The notes under the pieces are model-generated. The model made no database searches. It saw nothing but the letters and a program-made list of their open reading frames with translations, and was not told the origin of the DNA. A stretch of 64,000 nucleotides of DNA from an uncultured bacterium (lineage in GTDB: Bacteria > Krumholzibacteriota > Krumholzibacteriia > LZORAL124-64-63): positions 64,001 through 128,000 of the forward strand of contig CAVSZB010000004.1 of assembly GCA_963732385.1 (NCBI GenBank). The letters run 5' to 3'. Below, piece by piece: positions 20,693 to 29,134 of the stretch; position 1 is the stretch's first letter, and every line of letters begins with the position of its first letter. Position numbers and translations under genes: made by a program.

Positions 20693-22890
20693 TGGCCCGC
20701 GAAGACGCAACCACAGTCGCCTCCGGCATCGCGCGGCTCCCGTTCCTGCTCGAGGTCGGCAGTGACGATCTGCCGGCCCGTTTCCAGCCGCTGGCGATGA
20801 CGAACCTCGCCGAGACGACACGCAGACTCCTCGACGACCTCGACCTGCCTCACGCAGGTCTGCGCGTGCTGGCGGCGCCGCGGCGGCTTGCGCTGCTGGT
20901 GGAGGGGCTGGCGGTGCGGCAGTCCGACCGCACGCTCGAGGTGAAAGGGCCGCCGCTCTCCGCTGTGCGCGATGCGGCGGGCGCGCCGACGCCGGCCGCG
21001 CTCGGCTTCGCGCGCAAGAACGGCGTCGATCTGAAGGACTGCTTCACGCTGGAGGAGGCGAAGGGGACCTTCCTGGCGGCGCGCCGCCTCGTCTCCGGCC
21101 GCGCCACGGCCGACCTGCTGGCCGAGGCGCTGCCGCCGCTCGTGCTCGCCATCCCGTTCCCCAAGACGATGCGGTGGGGCGACAGCGACCTGCAGTGGGC
21201 CCGGCCGCTGCAGTGGGCCGTGGCGCTGCTGGGCGACGAGATCGTGCCGCTGCGTCTGGGCGAAATGACGGCCGGGCGCGAAAGCCGCGGCCACCGCACG
21301 CTCGACGATGATCGCCGGTTCGCCATCCAGTCCGCGACCGCCTACACCGAGACTCTCAGGGCTCATCATGTGGTGGTCGATCCGGACGAGCGGCGTCAGT
21401 CGATCAGCGCCGGTTTTACCGCCGCCGTGGCGGCGATACCGGGCGCGCGCTGGGTGCCGCACGCGGAACTGCTGGAGGAGGTCGTTTTTCTCAGCGAACA
21501 TCCGACGGTGCTGCTCGGATCGTACGAGGCGCGCTTCTTCGACCTGCCGACGGAGGTCATCGTGACGGCGCTGCGCGCCCATCAACGCTATTTCGCGGTG
21601 ACCGGTGCTGATGGCGGGTTGATTCCGCACTTCCTGACCGTGCGGGACGGCGGCGGCCGCGCGCTCGACATGGTGCGCCAGGGCAACGAACGGGTGCTGC
21701 GGGCGCGGCTGGCGGACGCCCTTTTCTACTGGGAGTTCGACCAGCGTCGCTCTCCCGCCGAACAGGCCGCGCGGCTTGGCTCGGTGACCTGGCTCGAAGG
21801 GTACGGCACAGTGCTGGACAAGACCAGGCGGCTGGCCTCGCTCAGCGCGCGCCTGTGGGAACTGGGGCTGGGCGACGGGGGAGGCGTTCCGCCCGGACTG
21901 ACCAGGGCCGCCGAGCTGTGCAAGAGCGACCTGGTGAGCGAGATGATTCGCGACGGCAAGGAGTTCACCCGGCTGGAGGGACTAATCGGCGCGCACTATG
22001 CCCGGCGCGCCGGCGAGGCGGAGGAGGTCTGCCGGGCGATCGAACGGCACTACCTGCCGCGCGGCGCGAGCGAAGAGCTGCCAGGCGACCGGATCAGCAG
22101 TGCTCTCGCCGTTGCTGACCGGCTCGATACGCTGGCCGGGTGCTGGCTGGCGGGGTTCGTGCCGACCGGCGCGCGGGACCCCTACGGGCTGCGCCGGCAG
22201 GCGCTGGCGGTGCTGCGCATCGTGCTGGATCTGGGCGCCCGGGTGCGGCTCCCGCTGCTGATCGACGAGGCCCTGGCCCCCTTCGCCGCGACGGCCGGTC
22301 CCGACCGTGTCGCGGCCGCGGCGGCCGAACTGCGCGAGTTCGTGCTCGTGCGGCTGGCCGGACAGCTCGAGACTCTCGGCTGTGCGTCCGAGACGGTGCG
22401 GGCGGTATTGCCGGCGCACGGTGACGACCCCGCGGAGGCGTTCGCCTGGGCGCGGGCGCTCGCCGGTTTCCGTGACCGGCCCGATTTCCAGCTCCTGGCG
22501 ACCGGCTTCAAACGGTGCAAGAACATCCTCGAAGGTCAATTCCTGACCGGCGAGGAGCTGGCCGACTGTCGCACCCGCTGGCGCAGGGGGGGCGAAACTC
22601 CCGGCGGGGAGGACTTCGTGCGTCTGCCCGATCCGGCCGAGCAGGCGCTCAGGAGCACTGTCGCGGCGGCGGTGCTGCCGCTTGAGGCGGCGCAGGGGGC
22701 AGGGGATTACGCCGCCGCGCTGCGCCAACTGTCCAGACTCGGGCCGGCGATCGACTGCTTTTTCGAGAAGGTGAGGGTCAACGTGGACGACGAGGATCTA
22801 CGCCGCTTGAGGCACGGGTTCCTGCGGGAGATCCACGGTCTGTTCGTGCGCTACGCCGATTTCTCGGAGGTGGCGCCGGCCGACGCCTGA
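20689..22890 (+). CDS. glyS: Glycine--tRNA ligase beta subunit
   Basis: [38 protein letters not shown] and DPYGLRR. Confidence 0.95.
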   Translation: MMAREDATTVASGIARLPFLLEVGSDDLPARFQPLAMTNLAETTRRLLDDLDLPHAGLRVLAAPRRLALLVEGLAVRQSDRTLEVKGPPLSAVRDAAGAPTPAALGFARKNGVDLKDCFTLEEAKGTFLAARRLVSGRATADLLAEALPPLVLAIPFPKTMRWGDSDLQWARPLQWAVALLGDEIVPLRLGEMTAGRESRGHRTLDDDRRFAIQSATAYTETLRAHHVVVDPDERRQSISAGFTAAVAAIPGARWVPHAELLEEVVFLSEHPTVLLGSYEARFFDLPTEVIVTALRAHQRYFAVTGADGGLIPHFLTVRDGGGRALDMVRQGNERVLRARLADALFYWEFDQRRSPAEQAARLGSVTWLEGYGTVLDKTRRLASLSARLWELGLGDGGGVPPGLTRAAELCKSDLVSEMIRDGKEFTRLEGLIGAHYARRAGEAEEVCRAIERHYLPRGASEELPGDRISSALAVADRLDTLAGCWLAGFVPTGARDPYGLRRQALAVLRIVLDLGARVRLPLLIDEALAPFAATAGPDRVAAAAAELREFVLVRLAGQLETLGCASETVRAVLPAHGDDPAEAFAWARALAGFRDRPDFQLLATGFKRCKNILEGQFLTGEELADCRTRWRRGGETPGGEDFVRLPDPAEQALRSTVAAAVLPLEAAQGAGDYAAALRQLSRLGPAIDCFFEKVRVNVDDEDLRRLRHGFLREIHGLFVRYADFSEVAPADA

Positions 22891-22993
22891 ACCGCGGCCA
22901 CCACGGGCGGGATGATTTCGCAAGAAATTGAGAACGTTTTCAAATGGCGCGAGGGGCGACTGGCCATTTTCACCACTTTCCTGCAGAGAGCTA

Positions 22994-23022
22994 TTGACGA
23001 AGAGGCGACAATCGGTTACGCT
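22994..23022 (+). promoter_or_regulatory. Sigma-70-type promoter for the large secreted protein gene
   Basis: TTGACG-17 nt-TACGCT in an AT-richer intergenic region. Confidence 0.55.
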
Positions 23023-23313
23023 CTCCTAGCGACTCAGTGGGCAAAAGTTCGTGCAATGCGCGCTGTCCCTGGGTTCCACTCTCTCAGTCGCCCGATCACT
23101 TGACATTCGACGCTTAGGTTCGGTTTCGTGTCCTCGCCCACGTTACAATTTGAAGGAGGTTGGGTTCATTTCTCGTTCGGCTTTGCGCCGCGAAGTTGTG
23201 CGGGAAAGAACGTTTTCTTCCCTTGAATTGCGTCCGGCTGAGTGAGTAAGTGGCAGCCGGTGACGTGTGCGCAACCTTGACCGCGTTGATTTGATCAACG
23301 CTGGGGGAAAAAC

Positions 23314-26300
23314 ATGAAGAGACTCACATTTATCGTGTGTCTGTCTCTGGCACTGTTCGCCAGCCTCGCAATCGCTGGGGATTTTTCCAGAGATAACAGC
23401 GGACAGACTCAGCGTATCCCGTTTGACGCCAGAGGCGCCAACACCAGCATGCTTAATGGCTGGCCCATGAGCGCCGGCAAGGCCGCAGCCGAAACGGTTT
23501 ATATCCTGGGCGGCCCCAACCTGCAGACCGGCAAGTTCCAGAACACGTCGTTTGCGCCGGACGCTCAGGGTTGGTTCGGCATGGACTACACGGACATGAA
23601 GGCAAGTTGGCACATCGCCGACTACAATGCCGCGAATCTGGATCCCGTCGCCGATAACGTCGCCATGTGGTGCGGCGAGATTTTTTCCGGGGACTGCGGT
23701 GGCGGCGATACGGTTGAGGGCTACGATAACAACTACAACCTCTGGCTCGATTGGTACGGCCAGGTCGCGGACAATTCCCTGCCCACGTGGGTCACCGTGA
23801 AAGCGCATGTGAACAACGACTCCGAGCCCGACTACGACTATCTGACTCTCCAGGTCGAGACGGTCGGCGTGATGGAACTCGCGCATGCCGATGCCGTCTT
23901 TACCGGTGTTTCTGTCTATGGGGTCGATGCCGGTAGCGACATGAACGTGAGGTTCCAGGTGCAGCCTGACAGTTACGTCGGGGACGGCCTCGACGAGGTG
24001 CATCTGCGCTGGCTCGGTCAGGCGGACACCGGTTATTCCGACGGCGACTGCCTGTATCCCAGCAGTGGCCTCGCCCAGATCGACGACATCGAGGTCCTCT
24101 TCGGTGATCTCGGTTCGGAAGTGAGCCAGTCCTATGACACGTTCCAGCCCGGCGATCCGGTGAGCTGGGTCAACGTCAAGCCGCCGTTTGTCGGCGATTT
24201 CCACAAGGTGTGGCCGTTGCTGGGGGACTCCGACGAGTGCGCCAGCAATGTGTCTCCGCAGATGGCGTTCATCGACGATGGCGTTGTGGTTCCCGGGACG
24301 GGTGGTACCGTGTGCGGGACCTGGAACTACGGTCCCGGTGGCTTTGGCACGACGACAACCGGTGGTCTCGCCGGCGATCAATACGGGATCAACAACGATG
24401 TCTGGTCGCCTGTGATGGATTGGCCCGTGGGCGTGACCGCCAGCCTCGACGGCGCCAATTTCCTGTGGAACGTGTACACGCACCTTCCGATCGATAACGG
24501 GCTCTTTTACCAGTGGGGCATCCGCACCTCCCTGGACGGCGGCCTTACCTGGCCCGGCAGTTGGAAGGATAACAATACCGTGTACTACGGCGGCGGTCTG
24601 GCCACGTACGGCCGCGCCGGCTTTGCAGTGACCAGCAAGCTGAACTCCGGTCGCAACAAGGTCCAGATCGCGCTGGGCGTGACTGAGCCCTGGCTCGCGG
24701 ATTTCACCGGCAACGATAATACGCCGGCTCCGTACTTCGACAACGTGACGCTGCTCGCCTTCTCCTTCGGCGGGCCCGCGCTGTCGGTGACGGGTGCGTG
24801 GTCCTTGTTCAACGACAACTGGCCGGAAAATTCCGAAATCGACTATGCGGATCTGACCCAGAACTCGGTGCGCGTGGACATCGGGCAGAACATCGCTGCC
24901 AGAGCCACCGAGCGTAACGATCCGGGCGACTCTGTCGTCGTGACAATCAAGGCGGTCCGCACCGGTGCCGTGCTTACCGGTCGGCCCACCATGCACGTCA
25001 AGATGAAGATCAATCCTCTGTTCGATTCCACCTGCCGCACGGCCATTCCGGCCGGCTTTACTCAGGTTGGCAACATCATCACCGGCTCAGTGCTGGGCGA
25101 CACGGTCTGGACGACGTCCGTTCCGCCGGTTCGCATGGCTAACCTCTGGAAGTGGGACCTGCCCGACACCGGGTTCTTCTTCCCCGGCGACAGCTTCCAC
25201 TACTACTTCAGAGCCGAGGACACCCTGGGCGGAGTTCTCGGAGTCTCGCATATGCCGGCCGATACCGCCGGCTTCGCCTATTTCCCGGGCCACCCGCTCT
25301 ACGACTCGGGTCGCTATTATGAACTCTACAAGACTGACGCTCTGCCGACGATGATCACGGCGGTGAAGGACGTTGGTCAGCCTCACGTGCTGTTCTGGGA
25401 CGATTCCCAGGACCGTGCCAACCAGGATGAGTGGTTCGCTGCCCTGGACAATCTCGGCTTCCGTCAGGGCATCGACTATGACATCTACTGCGAGAACTCT
25501 CCGTCCTCCGGCCAGGGCAATGGCCTCGGCGGCCGGACGAACGCGCTGAAAATGTCCGGTTACAACACGATGCTTTACACGGCTGGGAATCTGGGCTCCT
25601 ACACGTTCTGCAACGGAGATCCCGCCGGCGATCCCGGCAACGATATCTTCGTGGTGGATTCCTGGCTGCAGCAGGGCGGCAAGAACATGTTTGCCACCGG
25701 CGATAACATCATCCAGGACCTGTCGGCCTCCGGCGCCAACGCGGTCGCTTTCAGGGACAAGTGGTTCGGGGTTGCCTACAACAACTTCGAAGTCAAGCCG
25801 CTCATTGGTGGCCAGATGGCGCCGCACGTGAGCCCGATCACCGTCGCGAGCGCGCCGGTGTTGAGCAAGCCCTACATCGCTCAGGGTGGCTGTGAGGGCG
25901 GCATCAACGACTTTGACGCCGTCACCGCGGTTGCTCCGGCGGTCCGGATTGCCCAGTTCACCAGCCCGACCGGCGCCCTCGGGGTCTACCCGTACGCTGC
26001 GGCGGTCTACAACAACGTCACGGTGAACACCGCTCGCGTCGTTCTCATGCCCTACGACCTGTGCTACATCTGGGACGGCGCCCCGACCGGCGGGATCGCG
26101 GTCCGTGCCCAGATTTTGCAGGACGTTCTGGCCTTCTTCGGCAATTTGCCTGGCGGGGCTGCAGTGGGCGTGACGCCCGAGGCAGTGTTCACGGCCAGGA
26201 ACTTCCCGAACCCGTTCAACCCGAGCACGAAGATCGAGTTCACCCTGCCGGCCAAGAGCCAGGTTGAGCTGAAGATCTACAACGTGCGCGGTGAACTGGT

Positions 26301-26457
26301 GAAGACGCTGCTGAACGAGAACATGGATGCGACGACGCACTCCGTGATCTGGGACGGCCGCAACTCCACCGGTCAGTCGGTCTCCTCGGGCGTGTACTTC
26401 TACAGCCTGAAGGCCGGCAGCTACGAGAAGATGGAGAAGATGACGCTGGTGAAGTAA
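23314..26457 (+). CDS. Large secreted protein (1047 aa) with T9SS/FlgD-type C-terminal domain, function unknown
   Basis: Sec signal MKRLTFIVCLSLALFASLAIA. C-terminal NFPNPFNPSTKIEF...IYNVRGELVKTL...WDGRN..G..VSSGVYFY. Asp/Gly/Asn/Trp-rich body. Confidence 0.9.
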   Translation: MKRLTFIVCLSLALFASLAIAGDFSRDNSGQTQRIPFDARGANTSMLNGWPMSAGKAAAETVYILGGPNLQTGKFQNTSFAPDAQGWFGMDYTDMKASWHIADYNAANLDPVADNVAMWCGEIFSGDCGGGDTVEGYDNNYNLWLDWYGQVADNSLPTWVTVKAHVNNDSEPDYDYLTLQVETVGVMELAHADAVFTGVSVYGVDAGSDMNVRFQVQPDSYVGDGLDEVHLRWLGQADTGYSDGDCLYPSSGLAQIDDIEVLFGDLGSEVSQSYDTFQPGDPVSWVNVKPPFVGDFHKVWPLLGDSDECASNVSPQMAFIDDGVVVPGTGGTVCGTWNYGPGGFGTTTTGGLAGDQYGINNDVWSPVMDWPVGVTASLDGANFLWNVYTHLPIDNGLFYQWGIRTSLDGGLTWPGSWKDNNTVYYGGGLATYGRAGFAVTSKLNSGRNKVQIALGVTEPWLADFTGNDNTPAPYFDNVTLLAFSFGGPALSVTGAWSLFNDNWPENSEIDYADLTQNSVRVDIGQNIAARATERNDPGDSVVVTIKAVRTGAVLTGRPTMHVKMKINPLFDSTCRTAIPAGFTQVGNIITGSVLGDTVWTTSVPPVRMANLWKWDLPDTGFFFPGDSFHYYFRAEDTLGGVLGVSHMPADTAGFAYFPGHPLYDSGRYYELYKTDALPTMITAVKDVGQPHVLFWDDSQDRANQDEWFAALDNLGFRQGIDYDIYCENSPSSGQGNGLGGRTNALKMSGYNTMLYTAGNLGSYTFCNGDPAGDPGNDIFVVDSWLQQGGKNMFATGDNIIQDLSASGANAVAFRDKWFGVAYNNFEVKPLIGGQMAPHVSPITVASAPVLSKPYIAQGGCEGGINDFDAVTAVAPAVRIAQFTSPTGALGVYPYAAAVYNNVTVNTARVVLMPYDLCYIWDGAPTGGIAVRAQILQDVLAFFGNLPGGAAVGVTPEAVFTARNFPNPFNPSTKIEFTLPAKSQVELKIYNVRGELVKTLLNENMDATTHSVIWDGRNSTGQSVSSGVYFYSLKAGSYEKMEKMTLVK

Positions 26458-26484
26458 CCCGGTTGCTTCACGGCCGAGTCTGAA

Positions 26485-26520
26485 GGGAGCGGCCCCCCCG
26501 CGCGGGGGGGCCGCTTCTGC
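26485..26520 (+). terminator. Intrinsic terminator-like hairpin
   Basis: Perfect 12-bp stem AGCGGCCCCCCC / GGGGGGGCCGCT with a 4-nt loop, about 30 nt after the stop; U-tail is weak. Confidence 0.65.
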
Positions 26521-26582
26521 TTGTCGGGGCTCCTCGAGTCTGCTTTTTCGAAGCGGTTGAGTGGTGCGGAGGGTCCCCGCAG

Positions 26583-26612
26583 TTGACAGCAATGGAACGG
26601 ACCCCCTATATT
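26583..26612 (+). promoter_or_regulatory. Sigma-70-type promoter for lipoprotein genes
   Basis: TTGACA-18 nt-TATATT. Confidence 0.55.
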
Positions 26613-26744
26613 TCACAAGCTTCAAGCGGAGCCCTGCCTGCCGGAAGGACGCGGGCTCCCATCCCTTAGGCGGTCGTCTGCCCTCGCGCCGACCGTGCTA
26701 TGTGAAAAGCGCGCCGGTCGCGCTGGAGGGGGTTTCGCGCAGCC

Positions 26745-29036
26745 ATGTGGAGCCGCAGACGTATCGTGGTTGGCCTGCTGCTGGGCTTGCTCGGCCTGAC
26801 GGTCCTCTTCGGCTGCCGGGCCTTCACGCCCGAAGTGGCCATCGTGAATCGGGCGCCGGAAACGTTTATCGTGGGGGCACCTGCCGAGACCTCGGGCGGC
26901 TACTACCATTTCCATCTCTACTGGTACGGCACTGATACTGACGGCGCGGTGACCAGGTTCGTATGGGCGGTGACCGATACGTCGATCCAGGACCACCGCT
27001 ACCTGGGTGACGAGGAGGACGGGCGCTTCAACCCCGCCACGAACGTCGGCACGCTCCGGATCGGGCACTACACCACTCGCACTGATACCGTTTTTGACTT
27101 TCAGATCGGCCAGGGGCCGATTGTGTCTTATGAGAAGACGTTTCATATTGTCGCCATGGATGATCAGGGGGATTTCGACCGCACGCCGGCGCGACTACGT
27201 TTTGTCAGCAATGCGCTCGGCAATCCGCGGCTCCGGTTCTACCGATCTGATATCGCCGGGTCCGGGCCGCTATTCGCCGATTTCGACACCGTGGCCTACG
27301 GTCACCCCTTCGCCCTGTCGTGGAGCGGAACTACGCCCAATATCCGTTCCTACAGCCCTGAGATGCTGGCGCAGCGCGATACTTTTCCGCCGATCGACGG
27401 GCTGCTTGGCTTCAAGTTCCGCCTGCAGGACAACGAATGCGACGGGAACGATTGCTGGCAGCCGCGGCGCTTCGACCCGGTCACGGGCGACAGCGTGAGC
27501 TATTACGGCGGACAGTCCCAGCTGCGCTTCTACAACGACGGCCGCTCCGAGGAAGCGCGGGGTGCGCGACTCGAATCCGGAGTGCACCGCCTGATGGTGA
27601 ATTCCATCGACATGGCGGGCGTGGAGGTGCCGGCGGCGAAGCAGGCAGTCAACTACGTGGTCAACTACGACCCCCAAACCCGGCTGCTCCGCGGAGAATC
27701 TGACCCCTTCAACCCATTCTACCTTGTGCCCGATGAAAAAATTTATCCCTACTACCGGGTCTTTCACCCGGACCATTCCGTCACGGAGCATCCGTTCGCC
27801 GAGGGGGACACCGTCCCTGACAAGGCATACGTTGTCTTCAAAGCGATCGGCTGGGACGATCCGCGGGATCTGCGAGTCGATTTAACCCAGGCGGATGTCC
27901 GGTTCCAGGGGGCTTTCGACGCCCGCGGAAAGTACGGCGGCCAGTCGATCTTCACGTTCGCGACGCGGTTCAGCGAACCCACCCGCACGCTGGCGTGGGA
28001 GCGCTCCGCGGCCGATGGGGGTGGCGGGGCGGATACGGTAGGTTTCCTGGTCGGACCGTTCGATTATACTGTGACGATGCGTTCCGTCGATGAATGGGAC
28101 AGACGTGACGGCACGCCGGAGCGATTCTCTTTCGTTGGCGATTTCAAACCTTGTGTACAGTGCGTCGAGTTGCTCGTTGGCGCGGAGTCTGCCGCCTCGG
28201 ACACCGATCTCGGTTGCCAGGACGCCGTCTGCGCCGCGGTTGTGGACACTATCTTCGCGCGTCTGAACCCGACCATTCCGGTGCCGTCCGGCTGGCGACA
28301 GGCGAGCCTGCTCGACGTCACCCCGCTCGCCAAGGATTTGTTGTGGTACAACACCAAGACCGGCGCGGTGTGGCTTGACGAACCACTTTCCACCGTGGAG
28401 CCTGATTCCATGCCGGGGTATTTCTTCGAGTACCGGCTGGCGCTGCACGGCCGGGAGCATCCGCTTGAGCCGTGGAGTGCGGACCGTCCCCAGGACCGGA
28501 TCATGTCTTGGAACTACCAGATTGTCGGGGAGCGGGACACCGTCAACGCAATCGCTGAGGGCGGTGGCAAGGACAACTTGGATTTCATCACCTACCGGTG
28601 GGAGGCCTACAACCCTCTGGCCACCCTCCCGCAGCCGATCGCCATCGATGACGACGGGGTCTGGACGTTGCGGGTAAAGTTTTTCGTGCCGGAGCTGGCG
28701 ATGGACCAGGGGGAGGCGATCTACATCAGCGACCTGCAGAGCAGGTACCAGAACTGGCAGGACGTCTACCGTCTGACCACCGGCCAGTTCGGATCGACAA
28801 CCGTGAAGGTGCGCGCCAATGACGCGAGCACGTGCGACTGGAACCCGGAGCGGTCGAAGTATTACTACTATACAAATTTGCGCGTGCCTCTGGAACACGG
28901 TATGGCTTGCGCCGGGTCTTATGAAGGGGTGTTGGGTTCGCTCCGACTGGCTGATTTCACGCGGTTCAGCGATGTTTCCACGAAGCGGCTCGTGGTCAAG
29001 GTATTTCCCAGTTCGGGCGGTGGCTTTTTCCCGTGA
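26745..29036 (+). CDS. Large lipoprotein (763 aa) with repeated Ig/FN3-like modules
   Basis: Lipobox LFG-C after a hydrophobic signal; motif NRAPET...W.GTD.DG...W; shares motifs with the next gene. Confidence 0.85.
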   Translation: MWSRRRIVVGLLLGLLGLTVLFGCRAFTPEVAIVNRAPETFIVGAPAETSGGYYHFHLYWYGTDTDGAVTRFVWAVTDTSIQDHRYLGDEEDGRFNPATNVGTLRIGHYTTRTDTVFDFQIGQGPIVSYEKTFHIVAMDDQGDFDRTPARLRFVSNALGNPRLRFYRSDIAGSGPLFADFDTVAYGHPFALSWSGTTPNIRSYSPEMLAQRDTFPPIDGLLGFKFRLQDNECDGNDCWQPRRFDPVTGDSVSYYGGQSQLRFYNDGRSEEARGARLESGVHRLMVNSIDMAGVEVPAAKQAVNYVVNYDPQTRLLRGESDPFNPFYLVPDEKIYPYYRVFHPDHSVTEHPFAEGDTVPDKAYVVFKAIGWDDPRDLRVDLTQADVRFQGAFDARGKYGGQSIFTFATRFSEPTRTLAWERSAADGGGGADTVGFLVGPFDYTVTMRSVDEWDRRDGTPERFSFVGDFKPCVQCVELLVGAESAASDTDLGCQDAVCAAVVDTIFARLNPTIPVPSGWRQASLLDVTPLAKDLLWYNTKTGAVWLDEPLSTVEPDSMPGYFFEYRLALHGREHPLEPWSADRPQDRIMSWNYQIVGERDTVNAIAEGGGKDNLDFITYRWEAYNPLATLPQPIAIDDDGVWTLRVKFFVPELAMDQGEAIYISDLQSRYQNWQDVYRLTTGQFGSTTVKVRANDASTCDWNPERSKYYYYTNLRVPLEHGMACAGSYEGVLGSLRLADFTRFSDVSTKRLVVKVFPSSGGGFFP

Positions 29037-29134
29037 AACGGGGGATGTCTCGGCGGCGATCGCGCACGTCCCTCACCGGTACGGACAGACGGTCGCGGTG
29101 AGCTGCTTCGGAACGCAGTTCAGGCGAGGAGTTC

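Noticed and set aside
23151..23250. Possible small ORF after AAGGAGG in the leader of the 1047-aa gene
   Set aside because: The only nearby start (TTG) abuts the SD with no spacing; the peptide is unremarkable.
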